Virus record (IMG/VR): IMGVR_UViG_3300009285_000883
Location: 7,639 to 71,638 of that record
Strand: one strand, 5' to 3'
From: a virus
Length of the DNA stretch: 64,000 bases
Shown: positions 9,855-18,083 of the stretch, piece by piece
How positions within the stretch are numbered: position 1 is the first letter of the stretch
Layout: the number at the start of each line of letters is the position of its first letter
Translations under genes and position numbers: made by a program
The notes under the pieces: model-generated
Database searches by the model: none
What the model was told of the DNA's origin: nothing
What the model saw: only the letters and a program-made list of their open reading frames with translations

Positions 9855-10739
9855 ATGTCCAAGACGATTCGCAACATCAATGACCGCTGGGGAGATCCCG
9901 TTACGTTCACGGGCGAGGACGTAGCCGCTTGTATCGCCGAAATGCTGGAGTGCATCGCTAACTGCGGCTACGAGGGAGGGGAACTGCGAGAGGGCGTAGA
10001 CTACGAGGTAGTTCACGACGACACCGACACCACTCGCCTCGGCGATCTTGGAACCGCCCACGTCTGGTTCATCTCAGTCGGGTGTCCGGCTGGATGCGAC
10101 CTGATCGCTGATGATAGCGAGTCTCCGGTGCCTGATGCGTGGGCTGACCTCAACGGCACGATTGCTGAAAATAAGTGGACGTGGGATGGCGAGGGGAATC
10201 CTACTGACGCGAACGCAAATACAGTCACTAACATCGTGGCGTTTGTGCCGGGGTCGTACACACTTGCGATGCGGTGCGAGGACGGCGGCACGTGCGATGC
10301 CTTCTTCGATGACATTCCAACGGTGGACGAGATCCGGGAGGAGTTGGAGGAGTGGATTCAGGGAGGGGCATGGGGAGACAACGGTGCCAGCGTGTCTTGC
10401 ACATACGACATTCTCGACAGCTCTAGCAATGTCATCGACAGCGGTGGCATGACTGTCGAAATTGAGCCTAATCACGAGGCCCTTATTACCGAGGCCGTTG
10501 GCCGATATAACCTCGGTACGATCTGCGGAACGTCCCCCGACGACCATGACTGGACCAGTGAGGGCGAGGGAGGGTGTGACGAGAATCCGGGTGTGTGGTC
10601 CACCGGAGGCACGTCGATGGCGTTTAAGTCGCACTGCCGCAAATGCGGACTCAAGCGTACCGAGCAATCCACGGGCTCGCAGCGCAACCCTGGCGAGCAT
10701 GACACCGTGGAGTACGAGATTCCGGAGTCTCTCTCCTAG
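9855..10739 (+). CDS. Highly acidic hypothetical protein with a C-terminal Cys/His motif
   Basis: 294-aa ORF, GGGGAGACTGAATCATG start, HDW...GGC.ENPGVW...HCRKCG. Confidence 0.75.
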   Translation: MSKTIRNINDRWGDPVTFTGEDVAACIAEMLECIANCGYEGGELREGVDYEVVHDDTDTTRLGDLGTAHVWFISVGCPAGCDLIADDSESPVPDAWADLNGTIAENKWTWDGEGNPTDANANTVTNIVAFVPGSYTLAMRCEDGGTCDAFFDDIPTVDEIREELEEWIQGGAWGDNGASVSCTYDILDSSSNVIDSGGMTVEIEPNHEALITEAVGRYNLGTICGTSPDDHDWTSEGEGGCDENPGVWSTGGTSMAFKSHCRKCGLKRTEQSTGSQRNPGEHDTVEYEIPESLS

Positions 10740-10791
10740 CCTCACTGACGAGTCCTGAGGGACGAAACGCGTGGAAACACGCGTCTGGGGC
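10739..10791 (+). ncRNA. Hammerhead ribozyme, type I
   Basis: Stem I GCCTCA/TGGGGC; core CTGACGA (10745-10751); stem II GTCC-TGAG-GGAC; GAAA; stem III ACGCGTG-GAAA-CACGCGT; GTC cleavage triplet ending at 10785. Confidence 0.9.
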
Positions 10792-10813
10792 CACAACACA
10801 AGGAGACTTTAAG

Positions 10814-11284
10814 ATGAGTACAAGAACGATCAGACTGTTTGACGGTGACATGGGAAGCTGTGCAATGCTGGTGCGCTGCAATCTGGCGGAAGCGTCTGCG
10901 CCTGTCGAGGTGAATCACGGTGAGGGCGACGGCTGGCAGACGACTCAGTACCAGTGTGCCGATTGCCGCCACACGATTGACGGTCTTGTCGAGATCGGCA
11001 AAGAGCTGGCAGCGGTCGCAATGGAGTCGCCTGCCGAGGACTTTGACTGCGACTGGTACGAGGTTGAGGAGAAAAGGTCGGAAGCGTTCATGTCGTACGA
11101 TGAACTGTCGAAGCGAATTGAGACCCATGGTGATTTGACGGAGGAAGGACATCAGCGATGGTGCGGCTGTGGACGCGAATCGACGGACGAGTATTGCAGG
11201 ATCGCCAGCCTTGACGGAATCGACGCGGCCATTCAGGCAATCAATGACGACGCTGCTGAGAATGGGGAGGATGACGATGAGTGA
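10814..11284 (+). CDS. Acidic hypothetical protein
   Basis: AAGGAGACT RBS just downstream of the ribozyme. Confidence 0.7.
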   Translation: MSTRTIRLFDGDMGSCAMLVRCNLAEASAPVEVNHGEGDGWQTTQYQCADCRHTIDGLVEIGKELAAVAMESPAEDFDCDWYEVEEKRSEAFMSYDELSKRIETHGDLTEEGHQRWCGCGRESTDEYCRIASLDGIDAAIQAINDDAAENGEDDDE

Positions 11285-11534
11285 GTTTACGGGGAGAAAG
11301 TATTTCACGATCCACCGTAATGACGTTGGGCTTGAATCGCACTCCAGTAAGTACGTGCACTACCTTGAACAGCGGCTGTCTATCGTTGATCCGCTGATTG
11401 CGCGTTGGCACCAGGAGGCAGACGGAGGAAAGCTGGACGGCGTGGATCTCGCGCTGATGTGCGACACTGACGATTACGTGCTCACGTACCTATCCGAAGG
11501 CGAGAGTGAGGGAGCGTGTGATGGCCCGAGCTAA
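11277..11534 (+). CDS. Hypothetical protein
   Basis: GGAGG RBS; overlaps the upstream stop. Confidence 0.55.
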   Translation: MSEFTGRKYFTIHRNDVGLESHSSKYVHYLEQRLSIVDPLIARWHQEADGGKLDGVDLALMCDTDDYVLTYLSEGESEGACDGPS

Positions 11535-11814
11535 GCGTAAGTACAAACCGAAGCCGCGCAGCACGTGTGATTTCGTATTCAGGAACGACTTTCACAACAC
11601 GAGTTACACGATGCGAACGAGGTACTACAAGCCGCTCACGCCGGATCAGATGAGGATGTGCCGCAAGACACTGTGCGGTGTTGCAGACTGCAAGTGCGGC
11701 GGGAAGTTGGGCGAGAGGGGGCCTCAAGACGCGGTGATTGTGGTCGGCTGGGATTTGACGGGCCGAGAGGTTGTGACGTTGGAACCCCTTCGCGGATCGT
11801 TCATGCAGCGGTAG
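11521..11814 (+). CDS. Basic hypothetical protein (LCG..DC.CGG.LGERG motif)
   Basis: GAGGGAG RBS; last + strand gene. Confidence 0.65.
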   Translation: MARAKRKYKPKPRSTCDFVFRNDFHNTSYTMRTRYYKPLTPDQMRMCRKTLCGVADCKCGGKLGERGPQDAVIVVGWDLTGREVVTLEPLRGSFMQR

Positions 11815-11828
11815 AATGGGAAACGTTG

Positions 11829-11926
11829 AGCCCACCTGGGTAGCCGGAGTAGTGACCCGGCGACATGCTTGCACGGGTAAACTTTCGAGTCTCCACCGTG
11901 CATGTGTGGTCCAGGTGGGCTTTTTT
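11829..11926 (+). terminator. Structured element or terminator at the convergence of the + and - gene blocks
   Basis: AGCCCACCTGG...CCAGGTGGGCT stem followed by a T-run, enclosing two internal hairpins. Confidence 0.55.
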
Positions 11927-11937
11927 GTTGCGTCTCG

Positions 11938-12099
11938 TTAGGTGCCGCCAGAGTCGCTGTCTTCTTTGCTGTCGAGTGGCTTCCTTGCAGCTTCGATATT
12001 GCGTGCCAACTGAGCCGCCTTCTCACGGCATTCGTCGCAGAGGATTCCGAAGTAGGAGTCACGCGGCTTACGGCAGAAGTAGCATGGTTCAGGTGCCAT
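11938..12099 (-). CDS. Small zinc-finger protein
   Basis: MAPEPCYFC...LCDEC. Confidence 0.55.
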   Translation of the reverse strand: MAPEPCYFCRKPRDSYFGILCDECREKAAQLARNIEAARKPLDSKEDSDSGGT

Positions 12100-12559
12100 T
12101 GCTTTCCGACTCCACGTAGAAGAACACTTTTCCGTCCCAGACGTAGGTTGCGCCGCCTTCGAGGGTGAGACGCGTCTTACTCTGGTCCACGACGTACTCT
12201 TTGCCATCGTAGGGACCGCCAGAGAACTTAGCGATGCGTGGGGGCAGTGTGTCTACGGTGGGGTCGAGCGAGATCAGCAGGGGGATGTCCTGTTCTTCCA
12301 TCCATGTCAAGTCCAGCGTCGGGATGATTCCTCCTTGGTCGCCCAGGATGGCGAATATCTTCCCGAGTCTGCTGACGATGACGTGGTACATGTAGACCAC
12401 GATTGATTCGATCATCCGTGTCACGAACTTGCTGAATCCCTTCCGTGGTCGGATCGTAAACCCGACGCCATCCTTGAGGTCCGCCACGAGATCCTTGGCA
12501 TAGTCGATGCCCTCGTTCGCGTTGTCCAGTGTGCTGTTAAGACGTTTGATCACTCTCAT
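12089..12559 (-). CDS. Hypothetical protein with a C-terminal FSGGPYDG motif
   Basis: 156-aa ORF; motif shared with 30176-30409. Confidence 0.65.
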   Translation of the reverse strand: MRVIKRLNSTLDNANEGIDYAKDLVADLKDGVGFTIRPRKGFSKFVTRMIESIVVYMYHVIVSRLGKIFAILGDQGGIIPTLDLTWMEEQDIPLLISLDPTVDTLPPRIAKFSGGPYDGKEYVVDQSKTRLTLEGGATYVWDGKVFFYVESESNGT

Positions 12560-12791
12560 TGTGAATCCTGCCTTCCTTCGCTATCGCGTCGTAAACTTGG
12601 CGGCTGACGACAATCTGATTGTCACGTAGCCAGTCGCACGGAATTATGCTGAATCCAACGCCAAGCAGGCTCATGGCGAACTGCTTGTTGTGTTCTTGGG
12701 TAATCCGCTTGCCTTCATGGACAAGACGCTTGAGTTCGTCGATGTCCATTAGTTGCTCCGTGGAACGTCGCTTCTTTTCGGTGCCACTCAT
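12537..12791 (-). CDS. Hypothetical protein
   Basis: Tightly packed ORF. Confidence 0.6.
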   Translation of the reverse strand: MSGTEKKRRSTEQLMDIDELKRLVHEGKRITQEHNKQFAMSLLGVGFSIIPCDWLRDNQIVVSRQVYDAIAKEGRIHNESDQTS

Positions 12792-12798
12792 AACACAC

Positions 12799-12909
12799 TC
12801 ACCTCCACTTCCTCCAGCAGCATGGGCAGTGCCCTGTGATTATGGAGATCAGCCCCAATCCGACCAAAATACCCAGTGCATTCAAGACAATGCGTTGAAT
12901 CATTTCCAT
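12799..12909 (-). CDS. Possible 36-aa membrane peptide (not in the ORF track)
   Basis: Hand translation MEMIQRIVLNALGILVGLGLISIITGHCPCCWRKWR; fills the gap. Confidence 0.35.
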   Translation of the reverse strand: MEMIQRIVLNALGILVGLGLISIITGHCPCCWRKWR

Positions 12910-12935
12910 ATCTGCGACTCACTTTCGAACTTCTC

Positions 12936-13193
12936 TCACCGAGCCTTCTCATGCTCGTGCTGCTGTAGGCGAGCCTCCAGCACGCGCAGGTACGTCGCCA
13001 TCGCCCACCACTGCATGTTGAGCAACGCTTCATGCTGCTTTGACACTGAGCAACTACAGTTGAACTGCAGGAGCTTTCCCATGTCGCGCTGAATGCGTGC
13101 CGCTTCCTGCCGCACACGATTGACCCACGCCTCAACCTTCACTTTCTTGGCGGGGCGCTTCTTGACTGCCTTCCGTGTCGCCGTTGTTTTCAT
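12936..13193 (-). CDS. Hypothetical protein
   Basis: ATGA overlap; Lys-rich N-terminus. Confidence 0.65.
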   Translation of the reverse strand: MKTTATRKAVKKRPAKKVKVEAWVNRVRQEAARIQRDMGKLLQFNCSCSVSKQHEALLNMQWWAMATYLRVLEARLQQHEHEKAR

Positions 13194-13387
13194 CGCTTCA
13201 TCTCCTTGTGGTCATCTTCAAGAACCTCGACGCCAACCACCTGGACGCTGTTCCACGCATCCTGATTGCGCAGGTGTTTTTCGGCTTCCGGTAGCGCGAA
13301 GTCGAACGTGTGAACACGTGTAACCACTGGACCACCGAGATTGGCGGCATCTCCCGTGTGAACTCTCTGAAGAACAAGACGTAGCAT
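13190..13387 (-). CDS. Hypothetical protein
   Basis: AAGGAAGG RBS; operon packing. Confidence 0.6.
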   Translation of the reverse strand: MLRLVLQRVHTGDAANLGGPVVTRVHTFDFALPEAEKHLRNQDAWNSVQVVGVEVLEDDHKEMKR

Positions 13388-13393
13388 GTCTCA

Positions 13394-13912
13394 CTAACCT
13401 TCCTTTGCTACCTCGTAGCCTGCGGTTTGGTCAATTGACACGTTGAACACCAGTGCCCAGTATCCATCGCCCCGGTTTAGCCATTGACCGAGTCGAATAC
13501 TCTTTCCATCTGGAGTTTCGACTTCGACAAACCGCCCACTTTCATGGCTTGGTGGACCGTCGAAGATGACGTGTACCGGGACCACTGCCGACTCCGCTGC
13601 GGCGAGCGACAACCAAAGGCCATCGTTCTCTACCAATAGTCTCTTGTTGCATTCAACGACGTGCTTCAATCCGTCGTACTCCCGCTCGGCAGCCGCGAGC
13701 CGCTCCTCTGCCGCGTAGATCGCAGCTTCCGCGTTCGCGAGCAAACCGAGGGCACGGTCACGCTCGGCCTCGACTTCTTCAATGTGCTTCTCATTGACGA
13801 TCAGCAGTTGAACCAGTTCCGACTCGTCTGCCTTGAGTAGCTTCTCCGCTTCGGCGAGCCGCTCCTCCAATCCCCTCAATACTCCCACACCAATCAGCAC
13901 TTGTCCGCTCAT
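13394..13912 (-). CDS. Coiled-coil protein with an FDGPPSHESGRFVEVE domain
   Basis: ORF, AAGGAG RBS, RLAEAEKLL repeat. Confidence 0.7.
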   Translation of the reverse strand: MSGQVLIGVGVLRGLEERLAEAEKLLKADESELVQLLIVNEKHIEEVEAERDRALGLLANAEAAIYAAEERLAAAEREYDGLKHVVECNKRLLVENDGLWLSLAAAESAVVPVHVIFDGPPSHESGRFVEVETPDGKSIRLGQWLNRGDGYWALVFNVSIDQTAGYEVAKEG

Positions 13913-13933
13913 GGTTACTCTCTCCTTTCGCTG

Positions 13934-14152
13934 TCACAGAAGGTACTTCAGAATCGTCTTAGCTTCGTCAGTGAGGCGAATACGATGCTCGCCGTCAATC
14001 ACCACCGTCTCGATCAACTCTGCGGGCATACGCGATACCAACTGCTCGTAGATCAACGGTGCGCATCTAGAGAACCCGTCCGCACCAACTGGTGTTCTGG
14101 CACACAGCCTGAGCGTATTCATCTGGTGTTGTGTTAATTTAGCTGATTCCAT
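13934..14152 (-). CDS. Hypothetical protein, possibly winged-helix-like
   Basis: GGAGGG RBS; LTQHQ..TLRL...IRLTDEAK pattern. Confidence 0.6.
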   Translation of the reverse strand: MESAKLTQHQMNTLRLCARTPVGADGFSRCAPLIYEQLVSRMPAELIETVVIDGEHRIRLTDEAKTILKYLL

Positions 14153-14366
14153 CCCGCCCTCCCTTCGCTGCTTTCAGGGTCGCGTCTACTCGCCTCCACC
14201 AATCGGGTGTATGCCCATTTCCTTCACGGGCTTCACGCAATAGCTTCTCCGCCTCGGCGAGCCGGGCGGCGGCTTCACGTAACATGTCTACATCCGCGTC
14301 ACACCAATACGGGTTAACGTCCCCTAGGCTGTCTGCCAAATGGCGTAGTTCATTGACGTAATTCAT
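14139..14366 (-). CDS. Hypothetical protein with the RLAEAEKLL cassette motif
   Basis: AAGGAGG RBS. Confidence 0.65.
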   Translation of the reverse strand: MNYVNELRHLADSLGDVNPYWCDADVDMLREAAARLAEAEKLLREAREGNGHTPDWWRRVDATLKAAKGGRDGIS

Positions 14367-14402
14367 GGCTCACTCCCCTCCTTTCGCTGCTTATGTGACT
14401 CG

Positions 14403-14641
14403 TCAGATACTGTAATCATGCACATCCGGTAATTCACGTTCCCACCAGTAGGCAAACGGATTCTTCCCTCGCCCGTTGCTCGGACAGGTTGGGCAGTAGC
14501 AGTCACCGGCTTTGACAGCTCCAGCATAATACTGAGCTTCGCTTGTAATGCACCAACGCCTGGAGCGTCCGAGTATCAAAACCCGTACACCTTGCTCAGT
14601 GCTTCCATAATCAGGCCGATCTCTTTTGCAGTCAGATTCAT
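14403..14641 (-). pseudogene. Small gene interrupted by an in-frame TGA and fused to a duplicated 3' fragment of the 14897-15103 gene
   Basis: GGAG RBS, ATG 14641; reads MNLTAKEIGLIMEALSKVYGF*YSDAPGVGALQAKLSIMLEL; TGA at 14578-14576. Confidence 0.55.
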
Positions 14642-15013
14642 CACGTTACTCCACGGTTGCTTTATTACCGATACTCGACTTCGATCAGTTCGCGCTGATC
14701 TTCCGACACTTCCAGAATCGAACACGTCAGGTCGATAATCTCTCGCTCACTCCAGTCTGCGACAGACTCGTCATGTGACATACAGCCAGTCACGAACGCC
14801 CCGTCCACACGGTACTCCCACGAAAGCTCGCCGCAATCAATAATGGCCTTGACGTACTCGTATCGTTCCTCGCTCATCCAGCCCTCCCTTCACTCGTCAA
14901 ATACAATAGTCGTACACATCCGGTAGTTCGCGCTCCCACCAGTAGGCAAACGGATTCTTCCCTCGCCCGTTGCTCGGACAGGTTGGGCAGTAGCAGTCAC
15001 CGGCTTTGACAGC
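14440..15013. repeat. 80-bp exact direct repeat (14440-14519 and 14934-15013) with about 40 bp of diverged flank
   Basis: Base-by-base comparison by eye. Confidence 0.9.
14665..14877 (-). CDS. Acidic hypothetical protein
   Basis: GGGAGGG RBS. Confidence 0.65.
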   Translation of the reverse strand: MSEERYEYVKAIIDCGELSWEYRVDGAFVTGCMSHDESVADWSEREIIDLTCSILEVSEDQRELIEVEYR

Positions 15014-15103
15014 GTCAAATTGATCGCTATTGAGTGGTGAGTTCGGGCTCTGCGAAACCCACTTAATCGGACCTTGGCATTGGGGGCAGATCAGTTGCTT
15101 CAT
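14897..15103 (-). CDS. Small zinc-ribbon protein
   Basis: CPQC...CYCPTC; GAGGAG RBS. Confidence 0.7.
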   Translation of the reverse strand: MKQLICPQCQGPIKWVSQSPNSPLNSDQFDAVKAGDCYCPTCPSNGRGKNPFAYWWERELPDVYDYCI

Positions 15104-15118
15104 CTCACTCTCCTCGGC

Positions 15119-15403
15119 TCATCGCGGATCGCATGTATCGCAAAAATGACCGTGCGGTTTCGGACCATAATCGATGCAGGTTCCGCCACTGCGTGTGTCG
15201 AATAAGTCTCCACAGGAGACACAGCGTTCAATGGTGTCAGGGATTGCGTGATACAAATTTCCGAGATACCACACCACCGTCCACGCCTTGGCGGCTGTCA
15301 ATCGTGGAATCTCCCTCGCGGGAACTTTGTAGCCGTCAGGTAGTGTGCCCTGAAGGAACTTAAACAGTTCTTCAACCACGTCTAAGTCACTTTTGTCACT
15401 CAT
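15119..15403 (-). CDS. Hypothetical protein with a C-terminal CxxC pair
   Basis: ATGA overlap at 15403; IERCVSC...FCDTC. Confidence 0.7.
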   Translation of the reverse strand: MSDKSDLDVVEELFKFLQGTLPDGYKVPAREIPRLTAAKAWTVVWYLGNLYHAIPDTIERCVSCGDLFDTRSGGTCIDYGPKPHGHFCDTCDPR

Positions 15404-15744
15404 CCCGCCCCACCTCCCTTCGCTGCTCGGTATTTGTCCATCCACTCGGGCACTGTTTTCGGCCCGCTGATACCTCCGATGTTCAGATAGTTCAGCAGCG
15501 AATACGAAACAGCGGAACGTTTCCCATGCTCACGATTCAGGATTGCGCAAGCCACTTCATACGCGAGTTTGTCAGCGTGGCGAATGGCAGCCTCCGCCTC
15601 GGATTGCTTCTGTGACATTGAGTCACACAAGTAGCGCAATGTCCGCTCGCGATACTCCGCAGCGTCGAGATGATTGCGAACTTCGTTAGCAAACGCACGC
15701 GAACATCTGTCGTCTTTCACTGCTTGGTTAATCCAATTTGTCAT
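15400..15744 (-). CDS. Hypothetical protein
   Basis: ATGA overlap; GGAGG RBS. Confidence 0.65.
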   Translation of the reverse strand: MTNWINQAVKDDRCSRAFANEVRNHLDAAEYRERTLRYLCDSMSQKQSEAEAAIRHADKLAYEVACAILNREHGKRSAVSYSLLNYLNIGGISGPKTVPEWMDKYRAAKGGGAG

Positions 15745-15977
15745 GGCCTCCCTTTCGCTGCTTCGTCTGCCAAAAACTTCATGTCATTCGCCCAGTCGGT
15801 TCCCTCGTTGTCGATGGCGGTCTGCCAAAGCAATTCAGCCTCGGTGAGCCGGGCGGCGAGGTCGTCGATAGTGACGAGTGCCCAATTCATGGCTTTGCGG
15901 ACCTCGTTACTTCCACTCCAACCAGCGACGGCACCTTCGAGGATCGGTCGCATGTGTGTCGGCTTAGCTTTTTTCAT
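15741..15977 (-). CDS. Hypothetical protein with the RL.EAE cassette motif
   Basis: RBS cassette identical to the one at 14150. Confidence 0.65.
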   Translation of the reverse strand: MKKAKPTHMRPILEGAVAGWSGSNEVRKAMNWALVTIDDLAARLTEAELLWQTAIDNEGTDWANDMKFLADEAAKGRP

Positions 15978-16377
15978 CCCGCCCTCCCTTCGCTGCTTGC
16001 TCGCTACCTCCAGAGTAAGCGTCTTCGATACCGGCCAGCGAATTATTCAGCACTTGATTGAGCCGCTTAATTTCGGCTTCCGATTCCGAGAGTCTGTCTC
16101 GCAGTGCCAGCATCTCAAACTCTGCGGAGACACGATCACTACTCTCTAGGTCCCGCTCAGCCTCCGCCTCGGCGAGCCGGGCGTTGAGGCGATCAACCGA
16201 CACCAGTGGAAGTTGGTTGTTGTCGTAACCGCAACGACGATTCACGCCGTCACTAACCGCCTTCAGTTGCTCGCGTGCCTGCTCCAGTTCCTCCAGGGCG
16301 TCGTTCAGGAGGTCCCTCTCCTCGCAGGGTCGTTTGTTCCATTCCAACCACACAATCAGTCGTTCGGTGATGTTCAT
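15964..16377 (-). CDS. Coiled-coil hypothetical protein with the RLAEAE motif
   Basis: ATGA overlap at 16377. Confidence 0.65.
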   Translation of the reverse strand: MNITERLIVWLEWNKRPCEERDLLNDALEELEQAREQLKAVSDGVNRRCGYDNNQLPLVSVDRLNARLAEAEAERDLESSDRVSAEFEMLALRDRLSESEAEIKRLNQVLNNSLAGIEDAYSGGSEQAAKGGRDEKS

Positions 16378-16532
16378 GCTTGCCCCTCCAGGGCTGCTTC
16401 GTCCGAGATACAGAACACGACAGTCAACTCCACAGAGCACCTCGGGCACACAATGCGATCAGATGGGATGATGTGCCACCACACAAAACCACACTCAGGG
16501 CATAAGCAGTGCCTGAACATAGGCTCGCTCAT
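16374..16532 (-). CDS. Small zinc-ribbon protein
   Basis: CPEC...CPRC; GGAGG RBS; ATGA overlap. Confidence 0.6.
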   Translation of the reverse strand: MSEPMFRHCLCPECGFVWWHIIPSDRIVCPRCSVELTVVFCISDEAALEGQA

Positions 16533-16867
16533 GGCTTTACCTCCAGTGCTGCGGTGACTCGATTCCACCAGCTCGCTGTCAGCCCGTATCCGTTTTTCAC
16601 TTCCCGCAGAAGACCACGTAGGCGGGTGTTGTCGTTCGTCAGTTCCTTTCGCATGTTGAACCAACTCACGGCATCTATTCCCGCAGCGATTTCCATCTCC
16701 TCCACGCGAGCCTCCAGTCGCTTACACGCCGCTTTCCACGTATCGCCGTCGCCAACAGCGTCGAGTTGGGCCTTTAGTTCAGCCACCTCCTGATGTGCCA
16801 AACAAAGCTGATGCACTCTGTCGCCATCCCAGGAACACATGATGCACTTGTTTAGGTCAACGCTCAT
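16529..16867 (-). CDS. Coiled-coil hypothetical protein
   Basis: ATGA overlap at 16867; GGAGG RBS. Confidence 0.65.
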   Translation of the reverse strand: MSVDLNKCIMCSWDGDRVHQLCLAHQEVAELKAQLDAVGDGDTWKAACKRLEARVEEMEIAAGIDAVSWFNMRKELTNDNTRLRGLLREVKNGYGLTASWWNRVTAALEVKP

Positions 16868-17166
16868 GGCGTACCTCCCACTATCAGCAGCAACGCACGA
16901 TCCCATGCCGCTCGTCCACTCACGTCGCTTGGCGGCAGTCCATACGTGCGGAATATCCAGCACGCTTCCTTGAGCCTCGCCACTTCCCTCTCCAGCCTCA
17001 CCACCGGGTCCGGGCTGGGGGAGGTGGTGTCGCAGGGCTCCTTGTTCATGCGGCTGGCGAACCACCTCAGGCACGCCTCCAGGTCCTTGGCGTTAGTAAA
17101 CGCGGCTGTCTGCCACTCCCTCTCCGCGTACTCGGTGATCCAGTCGGATTGTTTTGATTCACCCAT
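16864..17166 (-). CDS. Hypothetical protein
   Basis: GGAG RBS; operon packing. Confidence 0.6.
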   Translation of the reverse strand: MGESKQSDWITEYAEREWQTAAFTNAKDLEACLRWFASRMNKEPCDTTSPSPDPVVRLEREVARLKEACWIFRTYGLPPSDVSGRAAWDRALLLIVGGTP

Positions 17167-17169
17167 TGG

Positions 17170-17553
17170 TTACTCCATCCATGAAAGGCAGTCTTCAGTT
17201 TCGCAACGTCCATGAACATGCCCGTTGTACGCCGCATGGCTGACATGCAAGTTACCTTCGCACACCGGGCACGTAATCACGCCAACCCAGTTCTTTCCCT
17301 TGTGTTGACGCTTGACCTCGACGATGGCCGCACCCGCTTTGCGGTGCATCTCCATGCGGGCCTGGATGTACGCCTCATCGTCGGCCACTTCCTCGTCGGT
17401 AGGTTCCTCGTAACGCTCGCACGTCGGCGAATTCTCACGCCGGTACTTTGTCAGGCACGGAATCGGACGAACGTCGTCGTAGCATACTCCCGCCTTGCAT
17501 ACGTCGTTCTGGATTCCGGTAAAGTGCTTGCACTTACCTTTTTTTCTCATCAA
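17170..17553 (-). CDS. Cys/His-rich conserved phage protein
   Basis: CKHFTG...CPVC...YNGHVHGRCET.DCLSWME. Confidence 0.75.
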   Translation of the reverse strand: MMRKKGKCKHFTGIQNDVCKAGVCYDDVRPIPCLTKYRRENSPTCERYEEPTDEEVADDEAYIQARMEMHRKAGAAIVEVKRQHKGKNWVGVITCPVCEGNLHVSHAAYNGHVHGRCETEDCLSWME

Positions 17554-17610
17554 TCAGCCTCCAAGTGAAGCGCCGACACGTTTCGTCGGCGCGTGGTTAC
17601 GACACGTGTT

Positions 17611-17964
17611 TCAGTCAGCGCTTTCGAACACTGCCTCAGCGCTCTCGGTCTTCTTGACCGTGATCTTTTCCTTGTTGGTGGATATGATCTTGACTATGTA
17701 GCCGTCCAATTCGCACTCCTGTACGTCGTGTTCGTGCATCCGTTCGAGCAGGGTAGCGCGGGCCACTCGCTCTTTCTGCTCGATTGCCATCCGTGACGTG
17801 AGCAGCTCCACGTACTCCTGCGCGGCTTCCTGTACGGCTGGATCGGGTGGATCGAACGTGCCGGGAATCCGTTGTTGCACGAGTTTCTCCTGCGATTCCT
17901 CCACAGGTTCAGCAGCTTCCGCGATCGGTGCTCCCTCGATCACGATGGTTTCTTCTTCGCCCAT
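17611..17964 (-). CDS. Acidic hypothetical protein
   Basis: Likely start ATG 17964 (MGEEE). Confidence 0.65.
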   Translation of the reverse strand: MGEEETIVIEGAPIAEAAEPVEESQEKLVQQRIPGTFDPPDPAVQEAAQEYVELLTSRMAIEQKERVARATLLERMHEHDVQECELDGYIVKIISTNKEKITVKKTESAEAVFESAD

Positions 17965-18083
17965 TGTTTTTGATCCGTCTTTGATGCGAGTGACAAAGAC
18001 AGGCCAGCAGGGGGTTGTCGTCCATGTCGCTGGCCGGAAGTGAATTGCTTGTCCTTGCGTCGAATCTCTGGTTGGCTCGCGCC

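Noticed and set aside
14576-14578. Genome-wide TGA stop-codon reassignment
   Set aside because: Many genes end at TGA with ATGA overlaps, and long genes are intact under the standard code.
14403-15013. Diversity-generating retroelement template/variable repeat pair
   Set aside because: Differences are not adenine-specific, are mostly synonymous, and no reverse transcriptase gene was seen.
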